Assembly: GCA_964633905.1 (NCBI GenBank) | Contig: CAZWIT010000003.1 | Location: forward strand, 67,193-131,192 | Origin: an uncultured Gammaproteobacteria bacterium | Lineage (GTDB): Bacteria; Patescibacteriota; Patescibacteriia; UBA1558; GWA2-36-10 | DNA: 64,000 nucleotides | Direction of reading: 5' to 3' | Shown: positions 1 through 9,900 of the stretch, one piece after another | How the letters are laid out: every line of letters starts with the position of its first letter | Numbering within the stretch: position 1 is the stretch's first letter | The notes under the pieces: model-generated | Told to the model about the DNA's origin: nothing | Databases searched by the model: none | The model's input: the letters and a program-made list of their open reading frames with translations, nothing else | Position numbers and translations under genes: made by a program

Positions 1-505
1 AGTTTTAAATCAGACTGAGCTTGATAAATTTTTAAGATCACTAGAGAATAAAACTAGCCTACTTCAACAACGTGACCGTTTATTAATAGAAATTTTATAC
101 TATAGCGGCTTAAAAGTCAGTCATATTATTCAATTAAAGTTAAAAGATATCGATAGTGTCAAGAAAGAATTAAAAACAGCCACAAACACTATTAATATTG
201 ATCCAATTGTGTGGTCACATTTACAACAATATTTAATATTTAGACACGATACTAATCCTTATCTATTTATCAATCACGACCGCAGCCAAAAATCAGACAA
301 AGAGTATTTATCTGTTCGGTCAGTGGAGCGTATTATTGATAAATATGCTAAACAGTTAAAACCACCTTTAATTATTAGCCCCCAAATCTTACGACACACT
401 CTCGCTTGGCAAATAAAACACAATGGTGGTCAGGCTAAGGACTTACAAAAAAATTTAAATTTAAGTAGCCAAGCGGCCACTAAAAAATATTGGCAAACGC
501 TCTAA
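1..505 (+). CDS. XerC/XerD-like tyrosine recombinase paralog, 5'-truncated by window, catalytic motifs degenerate
   Basis: Frame is open from base 2: RDRLLIEILYYSGLKVSH...SPQILRHTLA...LNLSSQAATKKY follows the Xer box I/II layout. Confidence 0.8.
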   Translation, partial: VLNQTELDKFLRSLENKTSLLQQRDRLLIEILYYSGLKVSHIIQLKLKDIDSVKKELKTATNTINIDPIVWSHLQQYLIFRHDTNPYLFINHDRSQKSDKEYLSVRSVERIIDKYAKQLKPPLIISPQILRHTLAWQIKHNGGQAKDLQKNLNLSSQAATKKYWQTL

Positions 506-518
506 AAAATGGTAAATA

Positions 519-545
519 AAAAATCCCCTCAATGGGGATTTTTTA
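519..545. terminator. bidirectional intrinsic terminator
   Basis: aaaaatcccc-tcaat-ggggattttt between convergent genes. Confidence 0.8.
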
Positions 546-548
546 AAA

Positions 549-968
549 TTATTGTTTTAAATCACCAATATAGAACTCTGGTAATTTTTCTTTAGACTGC
601 TTCATGTGTTTGGTGTTAAAAAATTCGGTCATATCTTTACCACAACCATTCAAAATTTTCTCACCTCCTGGATGACTGGCAATAAAGCTAGTCACATTAT
701 AAACTTTATTACTAGCTACTAGCCAGCAATCACTAGCATTATTATGCACCGCTACTTCAGCTAAAGTGTATTGAGCGGCTACGCCTTCGACCGGTACCTG
801 CTCATTAGTGTTTTGATCATTAGCCATACTATTTGTATTTTGATTAATTAACTGTTCGTTACTATTTACCTGCTCATTAACAAGTGGCTGACTAGTATTA
901 GGTTTAGTACAGGCTGTTAACAAAAAACCTAAAGATAGGAAACTGATAAGAAAAAATATTTTTTTCAT
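549..968 (-). CDS. lipoprotein with cytochrome b5-like heme/steroid-binding domain
   Basis: Lipobox LLTAC; EVAVHN..DCW...VYNVTSFIASHPGG...CGKDMT. Confidence 0.85.
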   Translation of the reverse strand: MKKIFFLISFLSLGFLLTACTKPNTSQPLVNEQVNSNEQLINQNTNSMANDQNTNEQVPVEGVAAQYTLAEVAVHNNASDCWLVASNKVYNVTSFIASHPGGEKILNGCGKDMTEFFNTKHMKQSKEKLPEFYIGDLKQ

Positions 969-1255
969 AAAAAATAATAATTAATTATAAACAAGTAATA
1001 CCGAATATTACTTAGTTGAATTAGTATAGCAAAATTCAAAATCTCTGTCTATAATCCCCTAATAGTTAAGCCTTATAAAGATATAAATGAGTAGCAAAAA
1101 AGCCTTTAAAAGCTCACTTTTATTGACAAATAATACAATTAATGCTAATTTTATTATTAATAATAATTAAAAGTTGTTTAAAAGATCAAATATTATTAGA
1201 TTATAAAATATCAAGCAATATTTTATTCTAAAAACAACGTAAGAAGTCCAACAAG

Positions 1256-1432
1256 ATGTATCAAGATAAGAATTCGGGCCCAAGTCAAAAATTCCAAGGC
1301 AATTGGCAATGTTCTGACTGTGGCACTGCTATCACTGAACTGCCTTTTGAACCAGAAGGTGATCGCCCAATTCGCTGCCGTGACTGCCACCGCAAATGGG
1401 TGCAAAATCGGCCAAGGCGTCCAAGATTTTAA
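1256..1432 (+). CDS. CxxC-x17-CxxC zinc-binding small protein (58 aa; absent from ORF track)
   Basis: Manual translation MYQDKNSGPSQKFQGNWQCSDCGTAITELPFEPEGDRPIRCRDCHRKWVQNRPRRPRF. Confidence 0.85.
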   Translation: MYQDKNSGPSQKFQGNWQCSDCGTAITELPFEPEGDRPIRCRDCHRKWVQNRPRRPRF

Positions 1433-1477
1433 AAAAAAATAAAAAACTACCCAACATTCAAAAGGGTAGTTTTTTAT

Positions 1478-2257
1478 TTATCTCAATTTGGATAATATTT
1501 CTAAAATTTGTTTGGAGGCCGCCAATTCACCTTGTTTAATAATAGTTTGAAAATTCTTAGTCCTTTCCAAAAGCTTACGCTGATGTAGGTTTGGCTCAAT
1601 TAAAACTAAATTATCCTTAGGTATAAAAGCTAATTTTAAATAAGTAATCTCTGTTTGCATCATTTTTAATGAAGAGGCTAACACATCTACTAATTTTAAA
1701 TTATTTTTGGCACCCATTTTCTCAAAAGGAGAAGCATTAACTACTAAAAAATGCGTGGTATCGCTAGGCAAAATAGAATGCGGCACCTGATTTAAAATAC
1801 CACCATCAACAAAATGGTCTTTTCTTATTTTAGCTGGCACAAAAATACCTGGCACCGCAACACTAGCTCGAATAGCTGTTAAAATATCACCCTTACTAAA
1901 AATAACTTCCTTGCCTTGGGATAAATTAGTAGCATTAATAAACAATGGAATTTTTAATTGCCGAAAATTTTTCACTACTAGCCAAGCTGATAAAATTTTT
2001 TCTAAACTTTTACTATTACTTAAGCCTAAACTAGAAACTGATAAATTAAAAAGTTTATAGGTCTTTTGACTTAAAATAAAATCTTCAATTTCCTGCCCAC
2101 TTTTACCAGCTGCGTAACAAGCCCCTATGATGGCACCAATACTACAGCCCGCAATATAATCAATTTTAATATCTAATTGATCTAATACTTTTAAAACGCC
2201 AACGTGTGACAATCCTCTAGTGCCACCGCCAGATAAAACTAAGGCTACTTTTTTCAT
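1478..2257 (-). CDS. patatin-like phospholipase (RssA type)
   Basis: SGGGTRG, GCSIG nucleophile elbow, DGG. Confidence 0.9.
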   Translation of the reverse strand: MKKVALVLSGGGTRGLSHVGVLKVLDQLDIKIDYIAGCSIGAIIGACYAAGKSGQEIEDFILSQKTYKLFNLSVSSLGLSNSKSLEKILSAWLVVKNFRQLKIPLFINATNLSQGKEVIFSKGDILTAIRASVAVPGIFVPAKIRKDHFVDGGILNQVPHSILPSDTTHFLVVNASPFEKMGAKNNLKLVDVLASSLKMMQTEITYLKLAFIPKDNLVLIEPNLHQRKLLERTKNFQTIIKQGELAASKQILEILSKLR

Positions 2258-2375
2258 AATTTGAAATTTAAAATATATTACCTCACAACAAAACCATTAT
2301 AACATTTATTTTAAAAAACTAAATAGCCTCTCATTTTTTACATAAAATCACTATAATTTATCAAAAAAAATAAAA

Positions 2376-3044
2376 TTACTGCCTTTGTTTTTGTTCTTGG
2401 CGATAAACAATATAAGAATAAATAAGCGTGCCAAAAATAACAGCAAAAGTGCCAATCATAAATACAATAGTGCCTAAAGTTTTTGATAAATTAGGAGAGA
2501 TAATAATACAGACACCATATAAAATAAAAGCCCAACCACCAACACGATGAGTTTTATTCCAAACATTTTCAGAAGACAGAGTCCAAGGTGTCCTAATACC
2601 CATAAACCAATTGCGCTTTATTTTACCTAAATAATTACCAAGAACAATCATCAATAAACCGATTAACCAAGGCACCCAAAATTCAATTCGTACAGGGTAA
2701 CCAATATTATATAAACCAGAGATTAAATAAATTATAAAAAATAAAGTTATTAATATATTTTTAAATACCTGAAAAACTTTAGCAAATTCAGAGTAACGTT
2801 CTTTTCTAGGGTCGATTAATGGTAACAATAAAAATAACAAATACATACCTGGTATCATGGCCATGGTACCGAAAGCTGCTCCAGCTCGACTTGACCAGCC
2901 ATTAGGCTCACCCCTAAAGCCCCAGTGGGTCACTGCTCTTTCGGGAAAATGAGCATAAAAATAAAAACTTAAAATTAGTCCTGCTATAATTAGCAGAATA
3001 GACCAAATTTCGCTTTTCCAAGTTAATTTAATTGCCGATTTCAT
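2376..3044 (-). CDS. sdpI: SdpI family immunity membrane protein (DUF1648+SdpI)
   Basis: THWGFRGEPNGW; RNWFMGIRTPWTLSSENVWNKTHR. Confidence 0.9.
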   Translation of the reverse strand: MKSAIKLTWKSEIWSILLIIAGLILSFYFYAHFPERAVTHWGFRGEPNGWSSRAGAAFGTMAMIPGMYLLFLLLPLIDPRKERYSEFAKVFQVFKNILITLFFIIYLISGLYNIGYPVRIEFWVPWLIGLLMIVLGNYLGKIKRNWFMGIRTPWTLSSENVWNKTHRVGGWAFILYGVCIIISPNLSKTLGTIVFMIGTFAVIFGTLIYSYIVYRQEQKQRQ

Positions 3045-3052
3045 AAATTTAT

Positions 3053-3337
3053 TTACTTATTAATTTTATATTTTTTAACTGCCAAAAATTTGGCTATTTT
3101 TTCTGCTACTTCTTCTAAAATACTAAAATTTAAAGAATAAATTATCTGCTGACCCTGACGGCGACTAGAAATTAAGTCTGCCCTTTTTAAGATATCTAAA
3201 TGATGGGATAAAGTCGCTAGCGTAATATCTAAGCTTTTAGCAATCTCGCTTACTGGCAATTCACTCTGCTTTAATAAATCTAATATTTTCTGGCGATTTG
3301 GCTCAGATAAAGCCGCAAAAGTATTAGTTAGTGACAT
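3053..3337 (-). CDS. sdpR: ArsR/SdpR family repressor
   Basis: FAALSEPNRQKILDLL...LSHHLDILKRADL; adjacent to sdpI. Confidence 0.85.
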   Translation of the reverse strand: MSLTNTFAALSEPNRQKILDLLKQSELPVSEIAKSLDITLATLSHHLDILKRADLISSRRQGQQIIYSLNFSILEEVAEKIAKFLAVKKYKINK

Positions 3338-3406
3338 AAGGTTTAATTAGATATTTAGATATATGTCTAATTATATCGCAAAAATAAAAAGCTGTCAAGA
3401 TATTCC

Positions 3407-4030
3407 TTATTTACGATGGGTCAATTTATGAATAAAATAATCCAAAGCTAAAACTACAAACATTATTAAAAAGACTGCTGCCCAAGCCAGCCACAATCTA
3501 TCCTCTACTAGCGCTTGCCAAGTTCCTTGGTAATCCGATACCAATGGTAACAAAATAAAAACAATGGTAAAAACTAGAATAACTCTAATCATTAATTTAT
3601 AACGATCCTTTTGCCATTCTTTAGTACCACTGATAAGCTCTAGTGGCTTTGGAGCATCTAACAAATTCTTAAATTGTTTTATTTGATCATCTACTTGATA
3701 ATTATTACTCTTTAAATCTTCCAAAAATACCCTAACGTCTTTTTGCCAAAATAATATAAACAATGGATCACAATTTTTAAAATCAAAACCCCTTATGTCA
3801 TTATATAATTTCACCCTAGTAAGGTAATGCATAACTTTACTAAAAAAGCTAAATGGCAAAACTAAGGAGTAATCCTCTGGTTTTATACCTAAAACTATAC
3901 GCCAGGGAAGACTATTGTTATTATGCTGAAAGTTAAAAAATACATAATCAATTTTTTTATCTTGTGGAATAACTAAAGAGAATAAAAAATATTTAAAAAT
4001 TATATTATCCCTGCTAACAATTGTTTTCAT
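3407..4030 (-). CDS. hypothetical membrane protein
   Basis: ORF with two C-terminal TM segments. Confidence 0.6.
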   Translation of the reverse strand: MKTIVSRDNIIFKYFLFSLVIPQDKKIDYVFFNFQHNNNSLPWRIVLGIKPEDYSLVLPFSFFSKVMHYLTRVKLYNDIRGFDFKNCDPLFILFWQKDVRVFLEDLKSNNYQVDDQIKQFKNLLDAPKPLELISGTKEWQKDRYKLMIRVILVFTIVFILLPLVSDYQGTWQALVEDRLWLAWAAVFLIMFVVLALDYFIHKLTHRK

Positions 4031-4061
4031 AAAATTTATTTTTGAATTAAAATACTAAATT

Positions 4062-4523
4062 CTAATAGTGATATTCTTTATTTTGATTAATAGTAGCAGC
4101 TCGATAAATTTGTTCAAGTAGTACTACTCTGGCCATTTCATGTGGCATAGTTAGTTGTGATAAAGAAATACTTTTAGTATATTTGAGTTTAATCTCCTCT
4201 GCCCAGCCCAAAGCACCGCCAATCACCAAAACTAACTCTGGCTTAGCTTTAATAAAATTAGCAAAGCCAAGAGAATCAAATTCTTGACCACGCTCTGCTA
4301 ACAAATAAACATTTTGTTTATCATATTTAGCCAAAATATTTAACAATCTTTCATTTTCCTTAATGCGAGCTGATTGTTTATTATGAGCGCGAAAAGATTC
4401 AGCTTGTACTTCTACTAGATCTAAAACGGCATAAGGCTTTAGTCTTTTTTGGTATTCCTTAATAGCTTCTTGCCAAAATTTTTCTTTGATTTTACCAACA
4501 GTAATAATGGTGATTTTAAACAT
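4062..4523 (-). CDS. rlmH: 23S rRNA pseudouridine1915 N3-methyltransferase
   Basis: ITVGKIKE, IGGALG, SQLTMPHEMARVVLLEQIYRA, YHY end. Confidence 0.95.
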   Translation of the reverse strand: MFKITIITVGKIKEKFWQEAIKEYQKRLKPYAVLDLVEVQAESFRAHNKQSARIKENERLLNILAKYDKQNVYLLAERGQEFDSLGFANFIKAKPELVLVIGGALGWAEEIKLKYTKSISLSQLTMPHEMARVVLLEQIYRAATINQNKEYHY

Positions 4524-4575
4524 AATATTTAAGTAAAAATCATCCAGCTCTTCGTGAAAGACTGGATGATTTTAA

Positions 4576-5811
4576 TTATTGATAATATTCTTTTATTTGA
4601 TTAATTACTTCTTTTAAACTAAGTTCTTGTTTTTTATGATCCTGACGATGCACTAATTCTAAAGTTTCTTTTCTATCATTATGGATTAACTGTAAACAAA
4701 TACCGATTAGATCTGTATCCTTTAATTTTTTACCAGCCGAAATATCACGATCATCATACAGAACATCAATATTATTTTTAACTAATTCATCATAAATTTT
4801 ATCTGCCTTTTTAGTATCCTTACCTAAATCAAGCAAATGCACCTGATAAGGGCTAGTGTTCTTAGTCCAGATAATACCATTATCATCATGATTAGCCTCT
4901 ACAATGGTGCCCATAGCTCTACCCAAACCAATACCATAACAACCCATAATCACATTTTTTTGCTTACCATCAGCATCGGTAAATTTCAAGCCCATCTTAG
5001 CAGAATATTCAGTACCTAAATTAAATATGTTACCAGCTTCAACGGTTTTTTCTGCCTGCAAAATATGACCACACTTAGGACATTTGTCTCCAGCTTTTAC
5101 TTTGGCAATTTCTGTGTTTTGTGCCCAGCCACATTTAGTACATAAAATAGTTAAATCTTCACCAGCCGGATTAATGACCATAAACTCATGTGAAAATTTT
5201 TCACTAATAGCTCCACCTGAGGCCTCTACTGAAAAAGCTTCTAAACCTAAACGCTTAAAAATCCTAATATAAGCGTCATGAGCCTTTTGATAATACTCGT
5301 CTAAATCAGCTTCATTAGTATGAAAACTATATAAATCTTTCATGACAAATTCACGACCGCGCAATAAGCCAGATTTAGCTCTTTTTTCATCACGAAATTT
5401 AGTCTGAATCTGATAAAGAGCCAAGGGCAAGTCTTTATAAGATACAATATGTTTTTTGACAATGTCAGTAACTACTTCTTCATGGGTTGTACCTAGGCCA
5501 ATTTCACTACCATGGTGATCTTTAAATTGATACATGATAGATTCAACACTAGCCCAACGACCAGTCTGTTGCCACAATTCTTTAGATTGCAAAACTGGCA
5601 TCAAAATTTCTTGACCACCAATAGCATTAATTTCTTCTCTAATAATATTTTCAATCTTACGAAAAGTCCTAAGGCCTAAAGGCAAATAATTATAAACTCC
5701 GGCCATTTGTTTTTCAACAAAGCCAGCCCGAGTAAGTAAATCGGCATTAATACTCTTTTCATCTTGACTAATGTCTTTTCTGGTTTTACCAAATAATCTA
5801 GATTGTCTCAT
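4576..5811 (-). CDS. proS: prolyl-tRNA synthetase (short form; editing domain replaced by a Cys4 knuckle)
   Basis: MRQSRLF, THEE, KFRDEKRAKSGLLRGREFVMKDLYSF, MGCYGIG. Confidence 0.95.
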   Translation of the reverse strand: MRQSRLFGKTRKDISQDEKSINADLLTRAGFVEKQMAGVYNYLPLGLRTFRKIENIIREEINAIGGQEILMPVLQSKELWQQTGRWASVESIMYQFKDHHGSEIGLGTTHEEVVTDIVKKHIVSYKDLPLALYQIQTKFRDEKRAKSGLLRGREFVMKDLYSFHTNEADLDEYYQKAHDAYIRIFKRLGLEAFSVEASGGAISEKFSHEFMVINPAGEDLTILCTKCGWAQNTEIAKVKAGDKCPKCGHILQAEKTVEAGNIFNLGTEYSAKMGLKFTDADGKQKNVIMGCYGIGLGRAMGTIVEANHDDNGIIWTKNTSPYQVHLLDLGKDTKKADKIYDELVKNNIDVLYDDRDISAGKKLKDTDLIGICLQLIHNDRKETLELVHRQDHKKQELSLKEVINQIKEYYQ

Positions 5812-5866
5812 AAATTTTAATAAATTATATAAGCAGTATAACGAAAAAGCTAATGTCTGGCAATGT

Positions 5867-6178
5867 TTATTTTAAAATCACTAAAACAATAAATAATAAG
5901 GCTGAGGCAACAAATAAAATACTTAATTTATAAAATATTAATTTTATTGCTTCTACTTTCTGCCCCTCTAAATACCAAAGAATTGATCGACCAAAAATAG
6001 TCACGCCCATAAAAGCTACCGAAAAAACTAAAAGCAACAGCATCAATATTGGCATCACGATATTATCTTCTTTGCCAAAAAAACGATTACCATTGCTTAA
6101 TAATAAGACTATAGCAATAACATAGGCTACTGCTAGTCCAGTCTCTAATAAACTGTGCTTAATAATTTTGTTAGACAT
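5867..6178 (-). CDS. hypothetical 3-TM membrane protein
   Basis: Hydrophobic ORF. Confidence 0.65.
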   Translation of the reverse strand: MSNKIIKHSLLETGLAVAYVIAIVLLLSNGNRFFGKEDNIVMPILMLLLLVFSVAFMGVTIFGRSILWYLEGQKVEAIKLIFYKLSILFVASALLFIVLVILK

Positions 6179-6188
6179 AAAATTATAA

Positions 6189-6890
6189 TTAATTATTTTT
6201 TAATAAACTCATAGGATCTAACCAGTCCTGTAATTGCTCTATTTCCTCCACATAGCCACGGATATTAATCTCTGAGCCTAAATGGATAGATAAATGTAAA
6301 TGCTTTCTTTCGCCATCAGTCTCTGTACTAAAACCCTTACCTAATAAGGCAATTATTTGACCAGCTTTAATATTATCACCAATTGCTAAATTTACGCTAG
6401 CTAAACTAAGATGCCCATAAACAACTGTAGCGGCCCGTCCATTGAGCTGACAACTTTGCACAAGCACTCCGCCGTAGCCACTAGCTTGTCTTTTTAGTAA
6501 TAGCTTACCATCACAAATTGCCTTAATCGCGATTTCGCTACTTGCTTCAGCTAGCAAAACTTCAAAATCTACGCCAGTGTGATAACCGGAAAATTTTTCT
6601 GGCATAACTGGTGAATCTTGAGGCGATATTTTAATACCAAAAGGTTTTTTTGTTATTCGCTCTAAAGCATTATCAATGGGCAAACTAATCACTTGTTTTA
6701 ACTCTGATTGAGTGGTACTTGCGCTAACATTAATAGCCTCACTATTTACTATTTGGTTTACAAAATTATCTGTGGGTAAAACAGGAGCAATAACTTTTTT
6801 ACTAAAAAATAAATAAGTAGCCAAAAAAACTAAGCAAATAAAAATAATTATCCAATATTTTTTACGCATATATCTATTAATTAAATACAC
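6189..6890 (-). CDS. M23 family metallopeptidase
   Basis: HTGVD, YGHL, HLH motifs; N-terminal TM. Confidence 0.9.
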   Translation of the reverse strand: MYLINRYMRKKYWIIIFICLVFLATYLFFSKKVIAPVLPTDNFVNQIVNSEAINVSASTTQSELKQVISLPIDNALERITKKPFGIKISPQDSPVMPEKFSGYHTGVDFEVLLAEASSEIAIKAICDGKLLLKRQASGYGGVLVQSCQLNGRAATVVYGHLSLASVNLAIGDNIKAGQIIALLGKGFSTETDGERKHLHLSIHLGSEINIRGYVEEIEQLQDWLDPMSLLKNN

Positions 6891-7018
6891 CTTAGAAATT
6901 ACTTTTTAAGTATAACAAAAAATCACCTAACAGGCGATTTTATAGTTAATAACAAAAACACTCCGGAGACAGAGTGTTTTTGAGGGGTGAACTATGAAAA
7001 ATTTTATATTTTTACCAA

Positions 7019-7453
7019 TTAGTTATTGCTTGGAGCTTCGGCTTTAGGTCCCATGCCTTGACCCATGCCTCTACCACCCATATGACCCATTGGTCCAAAC
7101 ATACCTAATTCATCAAATATAGCTTTGGCCTCATCTCTCTTGCCATCTTGCATTAACTGATGAGCTTGCGTTAACTTATTGAAAGTATCCTGGTTAATTT
7201 TAGCTTCCAAATCTGTGGCTTGCTGGCGCATCTCACTAACTCTAGTAGTCATAGCCTGTTGCCAAGCGCTATAATCGTTGTTAGTAATAGATTGTTGGAC
7301 TGCTTCTACTTGTTGACGCTTAGCGTCGTTATCACCACTATTTATACCCGCTCCCATACCTCTACCGCCAAAAGCAAAAGTAGTGGCACTAACTGCAGCT
7401 GTGGTCAAAATCAGACCTAAAACTGCTACTAGTAAATATTGTTTTTTGTTCAT
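7019..7453 (-). CDS. secreted Gly/Met-rich helical protein, probable ECF target
   Basis: Signal peptide, GRGMG repeats, ECF-type promoter upstream. Confidence 0.7.
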   Translation of the reverse strand: MNKKQYLLVAVLGLILTTAAVSATTFAFGGRGMGAGINSGDNDAKRQQVEAVQQSITNNDYSAWQQAMTTRVSEMRQQATDLEAKINQDTFNKLTQAHQLMQDGKRDEAKAIFDELGMFGPMGHMGGRGMGQGMGPKAEAPSNN

Positions 7454-7506
7454 AAATTATTTGCTTAATAATTAATTGGAATTGGCCTAACTCCTTCTAC
7501 ACTAAG

Positions 7507-7536
7507 TAATACGCTGACTTATAAAAAATTATTTCA
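7507..7536 (-). promoter_or_regulatory. ECF sigma promoter TGAAATA-N15-GCGTATTA
   Basis: Identical boxes and spacing to 8832-8861. Confidence 0.75.
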
Positions 7537-7543
7537 AAATAAA

Positions 7544-8251
7544 CTAGGGTTGTAAAAACATGGGTCGGGACTTAGGCATACCCTGTGGCTTTAACCATGG
7601 CTGGATACTTTCGCAAATAAAGTCATCTTCACTCATCTGACCAATCAAAATTACCCGTTGACCAATATGAAATTGATCAGTGCTAGTATTAATTTGCCAC
7701 AACTGCCCTCGAAAATCTTCGACTGTAATAAAATCATCCTCTACCGACATGATCATGCCGGCTAAGTGACCTCTGTCAGGTTCTACAAACATACGACCAC
7801 CTTGTCTAAATACTTGTCGATAAAAAGGCACACGCCTAAAAAAAACATCTTCTAATTTTTCACCTAAGCCAGCTAAATAAATACCTAACCCTAAAATAAT
7901 ACTAACAACTACTGAAAGTAATACTATCAAAAAAGGATGATATTTATAGCCGCGTTTAGTACTTTTAAAATCATACCAAGCCAAAATAGAAAATAAGGCA
8001 AGGCTTACTAACCAAAATAAAGGCAAATCAATTAATAATCTTTTTAAGGGATGAAAATTAGGAACATTACTTGCCCAAGCAGCGTGTTTAAACATAAAAA
8101 TAGTAACCGAACTAGCTAAGCTTCCTAAAATAATAGCTAAGCTAAAAAATACCCACCGTACATAATCCTTAAACAAAAACTCCCAACGCTTTTTAGGTTG
8201 AATGCCTTGTTCTTTTATTTTATCTAAAATTTCTTGGCCAGTATTATTCAT
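7544..8251 (-). CDS. membrane protein, putative anti-sigma factor
   Basis: Directly downstream of ECF sigma; 3 TM plus C-terminal beta domain. Confidence 0.6.
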   Translation of the reverse strand: MNNTGQEILDKIKEQGIQPKKRWEFLFKDYVRWVFFSLAIILGSLASSVTIFMFKHAAWASNVPNFHPLKRLLIDLPLFWLVSLALFSILAWYDFKSTKRGYKYHPFLIVLLSVVVSIILGLGIYLAGLGEKLEDVFFRRVPFYRQVFRQGGRMFVEPDRGHLAGMIMSVEDDFITVEDFRGQLWQINTSTDQFHIGQRVILIGQMSEDDFICESIQPWLKPQGMPKSRPMFLQP

Positions 8252-8255
8252 ATAT

Positions 8256-8825
8256 TTACTTTTTTAACTCTTTTTCCAAAGCTTTTTTACCACGTCTTAA
8301 TAAAGTGCCAACCGTGCTTAATGGTTTTTTAATAATATCAGAAATTTCTTCATAACTTTTATCTTCTAAATACTTTAAGATTATTACTTCCTGATATTTA
8401 AGGTCAATATTTTTTAAAGCTTTAATAATTTTTTCCCTCAAAATACTTTGATCAATATTTTGATTAATATCAAAATCGCTAGTCAGCTCTTCACATGACT
8501 CTAAATCTAATTCAAATAAAGATAATTGGGGACGACTTTTATTTTTACGATAATTACTAATAACCTGATTATGAACTATCCGATATGCCCAGGAAGAAAA
8601 TTTTAAATGCTGGTCAAAGTCATTAAGATTTTGATAAATTTTGATAAAAGATTCCTGTAATAAATCCTGAGCATCATCATTATCTAAGCCGGAAATTCTT
8701 TGAATAAAACGTAATAATTTTTTTTCATAACGATTAACCAAATACAAAAAATTCTCTTGATCAGACAAGGCAAGTTGTACTAACTCTAAATCACTTTTAT
8801 CATCTAAAGTCTGATTCACCACCAT
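8256..8825 (-). CDS. ECF RNA polymerase sigma factor
   Basis: DAQDLLQESFIK, FSSWAYRI, SYEEISDII..TVGTLLRRG. Confidence 0.92.
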   Translation of the reverse strand: MVVNQTLDDKSDLELVQLALSDQENFLYLVNRYEKKLLRFIQRISGLDNDDAQDLLQESFIKIYQNLNDFDQHLKFSSWAYRIVHNQVISNYRKNKSRPQLSLFELDLESCEELTSDFDINQNIDQSILREKIIKALKNIDLKYQEVIILKYLEDKSYEEISDIIKKPLSTVGTLLRRGKKALEKELKK

Positions 8826-8831
8826 ATGTTT

Positions 8832-8861
8832 TAATACGCAGATATTAACGACTTTATTTCA
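8832..8861 (-). promoter_or_regulatory. autoregulatory ECF promoter TGAAATA-N15-GCGTATTA
   Basis: Immediately upstream of the sigma ATG; second copy at 7507-7536. Confidence 0.75.
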
Positions 8862-8918
8862 TCTTAACAAAAAATACCCCTAAAGCAAATGGGGTATCAA
8901 CTAAAATAAAAACTGGCG

Positions 8919-9848
8919 CTAAAGCCACTTTTTCTTATAAAAAATAAAGAGAAAAACACCGACTGCTACTACTGATATGCCCAAGACATAAACAAAAGCT
9001 AAGCTGTGATTAGCCAGAGGCAAGGACACATTCATGCCAAATAAACTAGCAATAATAGTCGGAATAGTCATGATAATCGTAAAAGCAGTTAAAAACTGGA
9101 TGACTTTATTTAATTTGTTGGTAAATAAAATTTGGTAAGAGTCCCTTAAACTCTTAATGCTCTTTAAATTGACTTGGCAAATCTCTACTGACTGCCTAAT
9201 ACTAATAATCATATCATTTAACAAATCCTGATCCTCTTCATAAAGCGGTAAATAGTTACCAGCCGCTATATTTTCAAAAACACTGCGCATTGGTATCAAG
9301 GCCGAAACATATTGATTAAGAATATCTTCAAATTTAATTAATTCGTTAATATCAGAGTCCTGAATGTTTTCTATTTTTTTCTTTTGGGAGGCAACTTGGT
9401 TATTTACTTCGCGTACCCTAGAAGTGAAACGTTGAGAAATTTTAAGCAAAATATAAACTAATAATTTAGCTTTTTGCGTAGTAGCAATTGATAGACTATT
9501 TTTAAGAATATCCTTGATTACTTTGTCTTCAAACAAGGCTAAGCTAATAAAATATTTTTCGGTAATAATAAAGGTCAAAGGCGTGGTATGAATAATGTCT
9601 TTATCGCTAATTTGCTCCCTCGGAATACGGACAAAGACTAACAAGGTTTTTTCTTGGCGTTCAGTGCGAGGCAATTCATGCAAATCCAAAACATCTTGTA
9701 AATCTAGTAAATCCAAATCGGCCATATTAGCCAATTTTTCTAAATCATCATGCTCAAGATGACTAGCATTAATCCAAGCGCCGTCACGAACCTGATCAAG
9801 CTGTTCGATGCGACTACCTTTAGCAGTTTTAAAATAGATATTTAACAT
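8919..9848 (-). CDS. corA: CorA family magnesium transporter
   Basis: PTIIASLFGMN signature, two C-terminal TM, KKKWL end. Confidence 0.9.
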   Translation of the reverse strand: MLNIYFKTAKGSRIEQLDQVRDGAWINASHLEHDDLEKLANMADLDLLDLQDVLDLHELPRTERQEKTLLVFVRIPREQISDKDIIHTTPLTFIITEKYFISLALFEDKVIKDILKNSLSIATTQKAKLLVYILLKISQRFTSRVREVNNQVASQKKKIENIQDSDINELIKFEDILNQYVSALIPMRSVFENIAAGNYLPLYEEDQDLLNDMIISIRQSVEICQVNLKSIKSLRDSYQILFTNKLNKVIQFLTAFTIIMTIPTIIASLFGMNVSLPLANHSLAFVYVLGISVVAVGVFLFIFYKKKWL

Positions 9849-9900
9849 AGCTATATTATAACAAAAATTTAACTTATTAACGAGCCTATAAATTACCTAA

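Noticed and set aside
1223-1405. 60-aa minus-strand ORF
   Set aside because: Shadow of the + strand CxxC-x17-CxxC gene at 1256-1432
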